A stretch of 64,000 bases of DNA from Octopus vulgaris (lineage: Eukaryota). Position 1 is the first letter of the stretch, and each line of letters starts with the position of its first letter. The position numbers were made by a program, and so were the translations under genes. Positions 1 through 14,033 of the stretch are shown in pieces. The DNA lies in assembly GCA_951406725.2 (NCBI GenBank), contig OX597823.1, positions 60,512,001 through 60,576,000 on the forward strand, given 5' to 3'. The notes beneath the pieces were generated by a model, which worked only from the letters and a program-made list of their open reading frames with translations, was not told the DNA's origin and ran no database searches.

Positions 1-597
1 TAAATAAATATATAAAATCATTAAAATGCTCTACTCCACCCTGCCCTGGAAGTCATCAGCTTCCAGAAAAACATCAACAGCCTTCATTTCCTTGGTTTTG
101 GTATAATTAAGAATGGTAACTGCAGCGCATGCAGGGATGGGTTTATGCATGAGCTAATATGGGCCATGACCAGGGCCCTACAGCATGGAGGGTTTCCAAG
201 CATTTAGGACCCCCAACTATTGGAGTGGGGGTTCATTGACTCAGAGAACCCTAAAGCTTGGATTTAAAAACTTTTTGCTGATGGAATGAGGTAGCTCTGT
301 GACAGGATAGTTCTCATCGCTCTCTTCTGTTTAGAGATTGCTGACGTGGGTACATGCCTCTTGACCCTACATGGCCTGTGAGCCCTGGATATGTTACTAC
401 TGCTGCCATTGCTGCTACCACCTTGTCTGTCAGCATGTGAGCACCCTTCACTTTTGCTGTCATCGTCACACTCCACCTCATGCTCCCAGCAGCCACTTTG
501 TAAACAGAAATTGAGTTTGTACTTCAGCATTGTTGCAATCTAAAGACTGAAACAAGTAACAGAGATTAAATAGTTTGTAATTTTTGTTTTTAATCAA

Positions 598-681
598 GGA
601 GAGTTCTTTTAAAACTATTGAGCTCTCTTTTGATATAGTGGACCTGCAAAATCTTTGACTAATCCAGCCTCTGTGTGTGAT

Positions 682-719
<38 letters not shown>

Positions 720-814
720 CGAATGTTTGCAAGTAGAGTTCTTTTTAAATTATTGAGCTCTCTTTTGATATAGTGGACCTGCAAAATCTTTGGCTAATCC
801 AGCCCTCTGTGTGT

Positions 815-884
<70 letters not shown>

Positions 885-1085
885 ATGTTTGCAAGTAGAG
901 TTCTTTAAAAATTATTGAGCTCTCTTTTGATATAGTGGACCGCAAAATCTTCGGCTAATCCAGCCCTGTGTGTGTGTGTGTGTGATTGTGTGCGCGTGTG
1001 TGCGTGTGTGTGTGCATGTGTGTGCACGTGTGTATGTGTGTGCACGTGTGCATGTGTGAGAGAGAGAGCGTGAATGTTTGCACGT
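598..1085. repeat. Tandem triplication of a ~135-190 bp unit containing (TG)n(GA)n
   Basis: Unit AGAGTTCTTT..ATTGAGCTCTCTTTTGATATAGTGGACC..GAATGTTTGCA recurs near 601, 736 and 897 with different microsatellite lengths. Confidence 0.9.
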
Positions 1086-1352
1086 TGTATTTCCTTGTCT
1101 TGTTATCACTTGGTAGTTGTAAAATGATTGTCACTATCATACAAGCAGCGTCATTCATTTCCAGTATTCTGTAAGAATGTGTCTGGCAATGGGGAAATAT
1201 TATTTTACATGGAAACAGGTGAAAGTTGACAACAGGAATTGAAATCTGACAATGGAAAAATCTACCTCGAAAAACTCCATCCAATCCATACAAGCATGGA
1301 AAAATGGACATTAAACAACAGCGTCTACAGCAACAAAAACGATGATGACAAC
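1080..1352 (+). mobile_element. SINE 3' module with RTE-type tail
   Basis: Ends CATGGAAAAATGGACATTAAA plus degenerate (GAT/AAC)n; inverted homologues at ~28130-28450 and ~50405-50670. Confidence 0.65.
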
Positions 1353-1572
1353 AACTTGCTGAACTACTGATATAATATATTAAGACCTTATACTAAATAT
1401 TACCGTTCCTGGCTGAACTCATGAAACACTCATAACTGGGAAAGGAGGAATGCACAACATATGGCCAGCCAGGTCACTGAATACTCTGGCATTGGTTCTG
1501 TTTGTTAACATATTTTCATGGCTTTTGCATATCATATCAACATTTGTATAAAACAAAAATATAGTTTGTGAG

Positions 1573-1956
1573 TCTACTATAGCCTCGGGCGAACCAAAGC
1601 CTTGTGAGTGAATTTGGTAGACGGAAACTGAATGAAGCCCATCGTATATGTGTGTGTGTGTGTGTTGTGTGTGTGTGTGTGTTTGAGAGAGAGTGTGTGT
1701 GTGTGTGTGAGAGAGAGAATGTGTGTGTGTGAGTGTATGTTTGTGTGTCTGTGTTTGTTCCCCTCCTAACATCGCTTGACAACTGATGCTGGTGTGCTTA
1801 CGTCCCCGTAACTTAGCAGTTCAGCAAAAGAGACCGATAGAATAAGTACTAGGCTTACAAAGAATAAGTCCTGGGGGCCGATTTGCTCGACTAAAAGGCA
1901 GTACTCCAGCATGGCTGCAGTCAAATGACTGAAACAAGTAAAAGAGTAAAAGAGAG
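1573..1956 (+). mobile_element. SINE family A, 5'-truncated
   Basis: CTACTATAGCCTCGGGC..GGAAACTGAA..(TG)n..GACTGAAACAAGTAAAAGAG, shared with more than 15 copies in the window. Confidence 0.9.
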
Positions 1957-3751
1957 TCCCATGCTCACACCATTCTTCATTGACCTATGTTTTATTTCTT
2001 CATTACTAAGGTTTTCCTATTATGTACCAGCTATCCCAGTTCGTTACTTCAGGCATGATGAAATGCATACAGTTTATGCTGTAAAGTAGACTGTATTAGG
2101 AAGGGCATCCAGCTATAAAAAGAACATGCCAAAAATAAAAAGAGAATGGTGACAGAATAAAGAAGATAGGGCACTTTAGTTTTATAAGGACAACCTCACT
2201 AAACCTGGTGATATGATGAATTGCACCTAGTCCATACTGTAAAGAGGTTGGGGATAAGAAGGACATCCTGTCCTGGATGCCATGCCAAAGTAAGAGTTAA
2301 TAGCATATACAGTATCCTAGTTGTCCAGTTTTTTTTTCTGTTGCAGTGTGTGCCAGATAATAAAGAACTGTGTAAGGTAGTAGAGAGACATTGTAAAACT
2401 TGTCCGATCTGTGCCAGTATGCCAAAACAGATGTTAAATAGCAACGCTGATATCTTCTTTACATAAACATTATTTTCCTGGCATTAGGCTCAAATGATGC
2501 ATATAAAGCCAGTCTCTAACAGAAGTAACTGTCATTAAGAAACAGTATTTATCATACAAAGATAAAGGGATATAGCCTAAGGGGTTAAGGCACTGTATAC
2601 ACAACCAGTACCTTGTGGCTTGTGGGTTATTTGCTTGCTTCTGAGACCAAGTGACACATTATGTCCTTGAGCAGAGCTTTTCATTTCATATTGTCTTATT
2701 TATGTAATGCACATAAATTTATTGATTTCATTTCTCCATCTCTTTTCGTGTTATTCCAATCCCCCTGGGTCTTCATTCTCTATTTAGTTTTATCCCTCTA
2801 TTTTCATTATTTTTAAGTCCATCTCTTTTCTGTTTTCCAAATGCTTTATAGTGTCTTCTACTTTTGTTAGATATCTTATCCATTAACAAGTTTTTTTCTG
2901 CCATTTAAACACTAACTTATGTCATTAAAATAGCTACAGATACATTCATCAACAGCTTTTACCAAAAATAATCTATTAGCTAACAATTCACCAATTAGTG
3001 AATATACCTACGAGCAAATGACTGATTAATGCATTCACCAATGGACTTATAATTACTATCGTAATTTCAATAAACAATGAAAATAAAATAAATGGTAAAT
3101 ACTTATTGCTCACAAAATTTATCTTTTAAATATGGAATCATTGATAAAACTTTGAAAGTATTTATAAAATTAGAAGCTATAAGTTAAGCCTCTTAAATAT
3201 GACTTGATAGACATATTAGGTTCAGAGTTCATAATAGCCTCTTTTGACTCTTTTTGCAGAGTCATGATATTTTCATCTTGTCAACAGAGGCTTTTGTTAT
3301 TCAGCAAATCGTTCACAAGAGAATTCTTGATAGGAAAATCGTTGTCAGTGAGTTTTCGATATGCTCATTTAAACATGTTGTTGTATTTTGGGAGGTCCAT
3401 TTTGCTAATAATTACTCATACATTGTTTCTATTTCACTTCTTTTTATGATGAAAGTTAATTAGTTAACTAACAACCCAGTTAATTACTCATTTAATCTTT
3501 CAAACCAATCGGTTAATTGGTTGGTTTATCATAGTCCTTTCATTGCCATTTGCAACATTATCAATGACACAAACTGAGCATGGAAAGATCTTCAATGACC
3601 TGGCATAATGAGGACATATTAATAAGGTCATAACAATGACAAGACTTCAATAAACCAAATGATTGATTGATTGACTGAGCAATTAATTAAGCAATAAATT
3701 ACATAATTGGTTAATTATTAATTAATTGTCTATAAGAATCCTTTCTAATCT

Positions 3752-3950
3752 TTATGCAAAGCCAGTGAGTTTGATGGGAGGTTGAATTACATCAGTGACC
3801 CCCGGTATTGACTGGCATTTATTTTATTGACCCTGAAAGGATGAAAGGCAAATTCAACCTTGTTCATATTTGATCTCAGAACATAAAGCATGAAGTAATG
3901 CCACTAACCATTCTGTTTGGCATGTTAATGATTCTGCCAACCTTGCCATG
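3752..3950 (-). mobile_element. SINE family B, diverged
   Basis: Reverse complement contains the TTTGCCTTTCATCCTTTCAGGGTCAATAAAAT core. Confidence 0.75.
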
Positions 3951-4924
3951 TTTTAGTTGGCTATAACAATAAAAAGAAATTAAATAGAACCGGTGCATAT
4001 ACTTTTATTGGCAAAAATAACTCTCCCAAGATACAGCAGAATCTGTTTCAGCAGACTATTTCAAATTAAAATCTGCAAAAGAAAGGCAAAAGGTGAAAAG
4101 ACATTTAACCTTTTAGCATTCACATTTTGGTCAAATGGTGGTGCCCCAGCATGGCCACAGCTCGTGAGCTGAAACCAGATGAAATAAAAAATTACTCTGT
4201 CAAGTGTAATGTTTATTTGTTCAGATTGATCTAAATGGTTTACAGCACACAAAAAAAAATCATTTAACCTTGCAAAAATAACACTCAAAGCAGTATATAA
4301 GATCAGAAATATAATTTCGAAGCGTTCATGGTGAAATAGTGAGGATCTGACCAAAAAGTTTGCAATTATAAAAAGTTGGAGAAAGCTTTCAAGTATAAAT
4401 AAAATGAAAGTATATAAAAATAAATATTATTTTCCATCTTATGGTTAGTTTTGTTGCATTTTGGAAAATGAAAATTTATTTTGTGGTTTATTATTGTTTA
4501 TATTTTGAATTACATATATATGGGGACACCAAAATCATTTAAGTGCTTAGGGCCTCTATGGGTCTTAATCCTGACCCAAGGAGACAGGTGGTGGTGATTA
4601 ATCAGGCAAGTGATTAATTTCACCACCAAACTAGTCATGGCAAGATTTGAGCACAGAACAAAAATAGCCAGAAGAAACAGCATGATTTATCTAGTCCAAT
4701 GTTCTTAGAGCACCATCAACTCACAATTGCAGATTGGTTCCTTTTTTTATTGACACCCTAAAGCATGAAAATTCAAAGACAACCCCAACAGTAATTTGAA
4801 CTCCATGTGAATAAAGTTAGAACAATTAAACAAATATATCAAAGCTTTCGATCAACACACTTAACGACTCTGCTAATCTGCCATTTTGGCTTTTTATCTA
4901 AAAGTTTATAAGAATAAAATATTT

Positions 4925-5362
4925 TTTACCTTTTACTTGTTTCAGTCATTGGACTACAGCCATGCTGGGGCACTGCCTCGAAGGGTTTAGTCAAACAAAT
5001 CAATACCAATACTTACATTGTTTTTGAAGTCTGGTATTTAGTCTATTTTATCAGTCCCTTTCACTGAACCACTAAGCAACGAAAACATAAACAAACCAAC
5101 ACTGGTTGTTAAGCTGTTAAGCGATTGTGGGGAACAAGAATAATGCAAATAAAAGCACACACATGCACATGCACACATACACACACACACACACACACTC
5201 ATTGGGTTTCTTTTCACTTCCATCCACCAAATCCACTCCCAAGACTTTGGTTAGCCCAATACTTTAGTAGATGCTACCTAAGATGCTACAAAGACAGACT
5301 GATCTTTAGACCACGTGGTTGGGATGCAAGCTGCTTAAACATATAGCTTTGCCCATGCCTAT
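4925..5362 (-). mobile_element. SINE family A, diverged
   Basis: TTTTACTTGTTTCAGTCATT tail, central (CA)n and AAATCCACTC head motif in reverse orientation. Confidence 0.85.
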
Positions 5363-5385
5363 GTTTGTATTTATCTTACACTTAC

Positions 5386-5429
5386 CTTCAGTCGTTATTT
5401 TGAGAACTATTATATCACTGACAGAATTA
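5386..5429 (-). CDS. Candidate 44-nt exon (NSVSDIIVLKITTE), phase 2 to 1
   Basis: Acceptor tgttttgttattttAG, consensus donor AAG|GTAAGT, one open frame. Confidence 0.5.
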
Positions 5430-6798
5430 CTAAAATAACAAAACATTTACTACACTTCCTATATCTACCAATGATGGTTCACTTTAAAAATTGTTTATTT
5501 AATAGCTAGTCTAATGTACTAGAAGAGTTAATACACTCATGGACAACTCTTGTCCCTGTTCAACCTTTAACAGAAAAATTAAATTCCTTGTAATTTAGTA
5601 TTCTTAATTTTGTTTCTTTTTCTAGCATTCATGATTTTTTTCATTTTGCTCTTATTTTTATTCATTTATTTATTTATATATTTATCTATTTATTTATTTA
5701 TTGGAAACATAAATTCCAATATTTAAGTGATACAGTTAAAATAGTAATTACATATTTTGGCTTCAATATTAATATAATATCAAAGTTAAAATGTTCTGAA
5801 CAGCACAGACTTTTCTGACAGGAATAAAAATGTTAAAAGTCAATACACTATAAAACTTAAATGGTTTACAAAATCTTATAAAAATCAAATTTGTGTAACT
5901 TTTTTAAGATGTATTTTACCTTTAATTTATTTATTTTTTTTATCCCAAAGTAATAATAGATCCCAAAAACATTTTTTTAAGGTGAATGAGAATAACAAAA
6001 TGACAAAAATCATCTTATTAAACTTTCAGAAAGTAAAGAACTTCTTTCATCATCAAATATTTATTGGCTCCAAATAGACTTTTAGTTGAAAATAGAGAAA
6101 ATATTTCTATAACATCAATTAGGATCTCCAGCAAATTATACTATTGGAATATGATTGAAGGAGGTCTACCACTCAACATTTGTTGGTTAATCAGCTATAA
6201 AGATGTCCTCTTTCCAGACATGAACTGTTCTTATGACTTGTTTAACATTCACAGGATTGCTTAAATCTCCTTTACATTTTCTCTGCAATCATAAGACTAG
6301 CAATTGGTTTTTCTAATTTTCTGTGTTTAACAAAGTCAGATGATTTTGTAGAATAACATAATAACAGAATAACAGAATAATAGAATAACTTTGTAACTGA
6401 TGTCGTCCTGTAATGCTGGTCAAGATTTGCATGCAGGATTTGACCAAAGCAATTGAAATGCAGTTCCTTGTCGATGCCAATATTTTCAGCTGTATTGACC
6501 TCTTCATGGCATGGAAGAAAGGGAGGTGGTTTGATTGGAGCTTCAATCAATCCATGCCAAAGTCAAGTACTCCGTGTCTTTTTATGCCAAAGGTCTCAAA
6601 TTAATCGAAGAACTAAGCTTACAAAGTCCTTGACTCCGAGTCACAAGACAAGTTATGGCAATAAGAATACTTTATGCTTTGACAACAGATAATACTTGAA
6701 TGAAGGACAATAAGAATTAGTAGCAATGAATAGAGTTCATAATGATAGATGTTGTAATTACAGAACTTCGTTCCTGTTGGCATATAAGTAGGAAATAC

Positions 6799-6873
6799 AT
6801 GAATGAGGCTATAAAGCTATTGTCTTTCTCTTTGTCAGAAGATCACTCCAATTCTTTTATCATGGCCAAAATA
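6799..6873 (-). CDS. Candidate 75-nt exon (YFGHDKRIGVIF*QRERQ*LYSLIH) with two in-frame stops
   Basis: Acceptor cattacAG, donor GTATTT; phase 0 matches the preceding candidate; TGA at 6835-6837 and TAG at 6817-6819. Confidence 0.25.
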
Positions 6874-7295
6874 CTGTAATGTTATAATGAGTGTTTATTG
6901 CTAAATTCTTTTGATAGTATCTTACATCAACAACCTAATTGGCTGAAACTATTAGAGTCATGGAGCCGAAGGGACTATGTAAGATATACTTCAATAGACG
7001 TTGCCATGAAAGTTAAAGAGAAAGTAATATTTAAATGCAAATATAAGTGTGTATGCATATCTATACACACACACATACACACACATATATATATGAAGAG
7101 AGAGGTGGGGGTGAGATAAAGAAATGGAGAGAGAAAAGAAGAGAGAGAGAGAGACTGAATTATTGTTGTTAAACAGTGGCTTGATTGCTGACACATTGTT
7201 TCAGTTTATCTGTAAATGAAAACATTTCCTGCTGAATTTCATCCCAACTGAAATGCACTCAGCTTTATTAAATGTAATTATTATTGTTGTTGTTG

Positions 7296-7354
<59 letters not shown>

Positions 7355-7820
7355 TATTGAAGGATTTATCCTTTTGATATATGCATACAAAAGACTGAAT
7401 TAAAATGTTTCTTCCCTGGCATGTGTGTCAATAGACTGAAATGAATTATGTGAAACTCTAGAATTAATTATGCATTAATCACAAGATCTACTTTAAATAG
7501 ACAATATCTGCAGAACCAGCAAACATGCCAGATAATATAATATTTCTAAATTAGTTTAGAGAGTTATATTCATTCTCAATTTTCCTTTACAACAATATTA
7601 TTACTGATTTTCTCTTACATTAATATTTGCAAACATAAAACATCACAAATTCAAAATCACTTAATAAAAATTTAATAAACTCAACAAATATGAATTAATA
7701 TTCAAATTATCATTAATGGTCATTATAAAAACTTTCTTTTATTCTACAATTTTGGTTACTCTTGGCTATATTGATCCAATATAACATTATAACAGCATGC
7801 TTTAGAGAATGTTATTTCAC

Positions 7821-7895
7821 CTTCATGACAAACTGTTGTATTAAATTCTGGTCAGTTTTAAAGAAGGATCAACACAGTCTCCCTTGTATAAAAAA
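7821..7895 (-). CDS. Candidate 75-nt exon (FFIQGRLC*SFFKTDQNLIQQFVMK)
   Basis: Donor AAG|GTGAAA; acceptor ambiguous (7895 or 7908); TGA at 7869-7871. Confidence 0.3.
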
Positions 7896-7989
7896 CTAAA
7901 CCGACACACTGAATAATGTATTGATTGTAATTCTGAGCTCAAGTTCCAATCACCTACAAGGTTGGATTTTATTTTATTTGTTTTGCATA

Positions 7990-8258
7990 TTTGCTGGTGC
8001 CACATATAAAGCACCCAGTACTCACTGTAAAGTGGTTGGTATAAGGAAGGGCATCCAGCCATAGAAACTGAGCAAAATCAGATTGGTGCCTGATACAGCT
8101 CTCCTGCTGGAAAGCTCCACTCAAACCATCCAACCATATGCTAGCATGGAAAAAGAACATTAAATAATGATGGTGGTGGTGGTGGTGGTGGTGGTGGTGG
8201 TGGTGGAGGTGGTGGTGGTGGAGGTGGTGCCGGCACCAACAATGATGACGACGATGAG
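7990..8258 (+). mobile_element. RTE LINE 3'-end fragment (family C)
   Basis: AGGAAGGGCATCCAGC..GCTAGCATGGAAA.. followed by a (GAT/GGT)n tail. Confidence 0.8.
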
Positions 8259-8335
8259 ATGGTAAACAGTGCTATTTTAAGACATGGGTACTCTGGGTTG
8301 TTGCCCTAGGGCCTCTTAGGTTTAAGAGCCCAAGT

Positions 8336-8373
<38 letters not shown>

Positions 8374-9054
8374 TATATGCTGTGATTTGCTGAAAATAAA
8401 TAAATACAATAGGGCCCTAGTGTATTGATTTGCCTGGTTGCGTATACTATTGAGATGGCCTTGTTGGTAAATCACTGTAGCCAGGCCAAGTAAGACTTTT
8501 AAATATTTTTTAATAATAACGATATTGGAGTGCCACTTACATGTATACATATTTCAGTTTTAGGTAAATGCTTATAGATATTGATCCAATATAATATTAT
8601 TGATAGATAAGCTTTTTGTAACATCATATTTCAGGAAGATTTTAAAGATTTCTTTTTTAATTAACCTTTAACACATTGTAGGTGCAGCATGTCACTGTAT
8701 GAATTTTCTCCCCTGTAGTAACAGGGCAGTGGCAGGGGAAACAGTTCTAAAGCAAATGCCATGTGCTAAAGGCTAGGATCAACTGCATGTTACCTAAAAG
8801 TCAGAACCTGCTTCTGCTGGTGCACAGATCATAAATTTGCTACCACTGACCTTGATAGTATAATTAATTACACTTTTACTTCTTTTGAATAAATCATCAT
8901 TTCCTGAGAATATAAAACTACAGTATCTTGTAATAAAAAGGAACTTTGAAACAACTCATGTTTAGATCAGGTTTCATTAGATTGTAATTGAAGAAAGAAA
9001 GAAAGAAAGAAAGATGGATAAAGGTAAAAAGATAAAATAGTAAAAACATATATA

Positions 9055-9624
9055 AGAGGGGATGCTGAAAAGTTCCTGGCTTTAAAGGTATCACAAAAGG
9101 CCTAGTTGGAGGCCCAGGATATTTACAGGGCTTAGAAAAACTGAAGGACTGCTGCCATACATGTGAACATGACCACTGCAATAAGTGTGTGAATATGAAG
9201 GTGCATGGCTCAGTGGTTAGTGCATCGGGCTCACAATCATGAGGTAGTGAGTTCAATTCCCAGGCTGGGCTGTGTGCTGTGTTCTTGAGGAAGATACTTT
9301 ATTTCCCATTGCTCCAGTTTACTCAGCTGTAGAAATGAATTGCAACGTAACTGATGCCAAGCTGTATTGGGCTTTGCCCTCTTCTAGTATAACATCAGTG
9401 GCATAGAGAGGGTAGGCTGGTATGCATGGACAACTGTCTGTCTTCCATAAACAATCTTGCCAAGACTTGTACCCGAGAGGGGAATATTTTAGGTGCAATC
9501 CCATGGTTGTTCATGACTGAAAGGGGTCTTTATTTATTTATTTTTTTACTATGAGAGGGGAATAATTAACTGATCCTTCTATATTTTTTCTATCCAAAGC
9601 TAAGAACTTTTCCGCATGTCCTCA
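9055..9624. mobile_element. Mariner-type MITE with nested SINE
   Basis: TA|AGAGGGGATGCTGAAAAGTTCCTGGC and GCTAAGAACTTTTCCGCATGTCCTCA|TA form imperfect TIRs with TA flanks. Confidence 0.65.
9197..9530 (+). mobile_element. SINE family D (tRNA head, CORE-like centre)
   Basis: A box TGGCTCAGTGG, B box GTTCAATTCC; homologues at 28711, 39090 and 57361. Confidence 0.9.
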
Positions 9625-9949
9625 TAATATAAACTTGTGTTTATCATAATCTCTCCTACATTTGCTCTGTACAACACAACCAGTAATATTAGAAAAAAAG
9701 TAGTAACCTAAGCACTATACTGAAAACAGACTTGAAGATTAGATTCTACATGGAACTCTAAATTCAATAGTTAAGGTTGATTAGAAAATTTCAAAACTTC
9801 AGCAGGAATGAATAAAAGATACAAATAACAAAACTCAAAAGTACAGATGAAGATGCTACAATAAAGAATTATTTTGCTGTATTAAAGTAAATCATTATGT
9901 TGATTATCAAGGTACAAGCAGAGTGGAGTGGACGATAAGTCTCATTTCA

Positions 9950-10570
<621 letters not shown>

Positions 10571-11600
10571 AAGTTAAAAATAAAAGCTGAAGTATATTTA
10601 TTAGATGATGAACCCAGGATCTTTAATTCTTTTGATGTCAATCTCCTGACAACATCCTTGATCCTGTTATGAAAATTTTCTGTTTTTAAGTGATTTAAAT
10701 AAAAACCATCCTTTGAAAGTCCATGTTAATTTATGTTCCATACACTGTGCAACAATTTTTTTTTTTTTTGTCTTTGGTCAGTAACTGTTATTTCCTGTTT
10801 GATTCTGTCTAAAAATCAAAGGAAATTATTATCAATCCCTTCAAACTTTGCTTTTGTGACCTGGACATCAATATTTTGAAACTGACCTATTTTCCATTAC
10901 TTTTCAGACAGATCCAGTGCTGAAGCAGAAATATCATTAGAGCAAATATTCTGCTCAATAAACAAAGATTTGTTTTGTCAGTGCTTGACCACAGACACTT
11001 GAGCATTTCCTTTAGAGGTTGACAATACGTGCATCTCTGATCATGGGCAGGAGTAGTAGGGGAGACCATAGACATGTGTTGAGAGGGATTCTTTGGGATT
11101 TGAATAAATGTAACAAAAGCAAAATTTAAAAGAAATATTAACCATTTTTCATACTTTCTAAAGATATGCAAATAGGAAATAACAATTGCTATCCCAGGAG
11201 AAAAATCGTGTAACACAATGTAATGGCAAAATTATTTTTTAAAATTCTTTGATATTTTCAAAATTTATTGAAACGAAGGCAGAGTATTTCAACAGAAAAA
11301 TGAGAACAAAATGGTTAAATGGATGCAAAGGTTTGTTTGAAGATTAGTTCACATCATATATTTTGTGCAGTAGCTGGAAGTTAATATAAAAAAAGTTAGT
11401 TGTCTTCCAAAGCTCTTTTAATTCTTGGTGACAGTTCTAGCCATCGTAGTTCACCTAATGATAATAGTATGTCTACAGCCCATGGTCCTGGGAACTATAG
11501 CGTCATTCAAGACTAATTGTATTCAAAGTACTTTCTCATAAGCAAAAAAGGTGCAACTGGAAAAGACGCTCATTAAGAACTTTTGTAAAAAAATTGACAT

Positions 11601-12017
11601 TAGGTGCAGGAGTGGATGTGTGGTAAGAAGCATGTGCAGGAGTGGCTGTGTGTTAAGAACAAGGTGCAGAAGTGGCTGTGTGGTAAGAAGCTTGCTTCCC
11701 AACTACAGCGTTCTGGGTTCAGTCCCACTGCATGGCACCTTGTGAGTGGATTTGATAGATGGAAACTGAAAGAAGCCAATCATATATGTGTGTGTGTGTA
11801 TTTGTGTCTGTGTTTGTCTGCCACCCCCACCACTACCACCATTACTTGACAACCGATGTTGGTGTATTTATGTCCTTGTAACTTAGCAGTATGGCAAAAG
11901 AGACTGATAGAATAAGTACTGGGCTTACAAAGAATAAGTCCTGGAGTCAATTTGTTTGACTAAAGGCGATGCACCTGCATGGCCACAGTCAAATGACTGA
12001 AACAAATAAAAGAATAA
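11601..12017 (+). mobile_element. SINE family A with triplicated 5' end and internal deletion
   Basis: GTGCAG(G/A)AGTGG(C/A)TGTG.. x3, B box GGTTCAGTCCC, family tail. Confidence 0.9.
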
Positions 12018-12302
12018 GGGCATCCAGCTGTAGAAACTCTGCCAGATCAGATTGGAGTCTGTTGCAGCCATCTGGTTCGCCAGACCTCAGTCAAATCATC
12101 CAACCCATGCTAGCATGGAAAGCGGACGTTAAACAATGATGATGATGGTGGTGGTGGTGGTGGTGGTGGTGGTGGTGGTGGTGGTGGTGGTGGTGGTCGT
12201 GGTCGTGGTGGTGGTGGTAGTGGTGGTGGTAGTGGTGGTGGTGGTGGTGGTGGTGGTGGTGGTGAGGAGGAGGAGGAGGAGGTGAGGAGGAGGAGGAGGA
12301 GG
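12017..12302 (+). mobile_element. RTE LINE 3'-end fragment (family C) with (GAT)(GGT)n(GAG)n tail
   Basis: AAGGGCATCCAGCTGTAGAAAC..GCATGGAAAGCGGACGTTAAAC. Confidence 0.85.
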
Positions 12303-12309
12303 AAAAGAA

Positions 12310-12830
12310 TTAAACAATTAAACAAAAATATTTACAAAATACAGGAAGAAGTGACACCCATATCTGTATGAGAGCAAAGTGGCAGGATCATTTGACTGAA
12401 TTCCATAATTTAGTGCCTCCAAATTTCAAAGTAAACAAAGATGAAATTGCTTCTACTGGAAATGACCTTGATTTTGAGGACATTGACTCAGGAAATATTT
12501 TGGAAATTTTATTGGTTTAACATTCAAATGACTTAAGTGGCAATGATTTTATTAACATTAAGTATCAAGGAACACATATGAAAAAGAAGAGAGGCGTTAG
12601 AAGAAACGGAAAATGACTTTAAAGGAAATAACAGCAAAAGGACTTGATGAATATTTTCAGGATATTAAATCAGACAAGCAATGGTTAGTGTATATGGAGC
12701 CAAATGTTAGCAGAATTATATATTCATTTGCTAAGATTTAGATGATCAAATTGCTTGCTAACACAACAAAATGAATGCAGAGAGGGAATTGAAATTTTTC
12801 AATTGGCTCTCAATAGTTTTTTTCTAAAAA
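12310..12830 (+). mobile_element. Tigger/pogo transposase C-terminal remnant
   Basis: Frameshifted peptides KDEIASTGNDLDFEDIDSGNILEIL..HSNDLSGNDF and EITAKGLDEYFQDI..MEPNVSR..DDQIAC resemble the Tigger1/TIGD1 C-terminus as recalled. Confidence 0.65.
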
Positions 12831-13997
12831 ATAATTTACAGCAATTCTCAATTTTCTTTTTATTATTAAATATTAATTCAAATTATTCCCATTGAATTTA
12901 TGTGGTTTTTATATATGTGGAACCACTGGAAGATTAATCAATGTTAGATATGAGATAGACGGAATATTTCTATTATTTTATATTTTTATATAATGTTTTT
13001 ACATTATGCCAATGTTAAAAAAAAATTAAGCACAAAGAAGCAGTAGTAAGTACTTAGCAAACCAAGTTTGTGACCCAATTTTAATTCCCACCAATACCCC
13101 TGTCATATTGTTAGTGCTTTTGGAGAAAAGTAGAGCAGGGTTATTGAGTGATAAGTATATTGTCAGAAATACACTCACTATTAGTGTTGAATTTCTGTTT
13201 CCTTTGTCAGCAGTTGATAACATAAGAGTAAGCAATATACAGAGGTTAATTTAATCAGCCATACATCTCCCTTGAGGTGTTGATGATAGGATTTGAATCA
13301 TCAACTTTTTATGGGTTGGTCAATGTTCTATCTTGGACAGCCATGGCCTCAACACACAAAGCATCAATTTGTTTTGAATGAACATAAAATTAACTTTGGT
13401 AAAAGTAATATTAGATACAATTGAATTGCCCATTTAATCTTGGACATTTTTCATTTTACCAGCCTGAGAAGAGTAACAAGCAAAATTAACTCCAGTAGCA
13501 TTTGAACTCATGACACTAAAGTACAAGATAAGAAATGATAAGCTATCAGATTGAGTACTCTGCTCATTCTCTGCAATATTTGCTCATAATTCTCATAGAT
13601 ATTACTAATTTGCTTTCACTAATCACAAAACTAGTTTTTAAAATTATTTTCTATTTAGGTATACATTTTGCCTTTTACCTGCTTCAGTCATTGGACTGCA
13701 GCCTTGCTGGGGTGCCTCTTTGAAGTGTTTATTTGAATAAATAGGTACTCCCCGTACCTATTTGCTGAAGTCTGGTATTTATTTTACTGATTTCTTTTGC
13801 CAAACCACTAAAATATACAGGAATGTAACCAACACCAATTGTCAAGTAGTAGAGGTGGTGACAAAGGCACCCCCCCCACACACACACAAGCAGTTTCTTT
13901 AACAGCTAATCAGCTTTGCCACTCCTTCTCAGTTAAGATATTAATTACCATTAAATAACTCATACATTTCAGTTCACATCTCCCTCTGTTATATATA

Positions 13998-14033
<36 letters not shown>

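Noticed and set aside
264-530. GC-richer minus-strand ORF as terminal exon of the gene model
   Set aside because: Weak AAG acceptor, the longer ORF does not match the phase of the 5386 exon, no recognisable domain, adjacent to hAT-like MITE sequence
6120-6700. Overlapping short ORFs, possible LINE remnant or exons
   Set aside because: Only a faint RTE-like resemblance and no consistent splice phases
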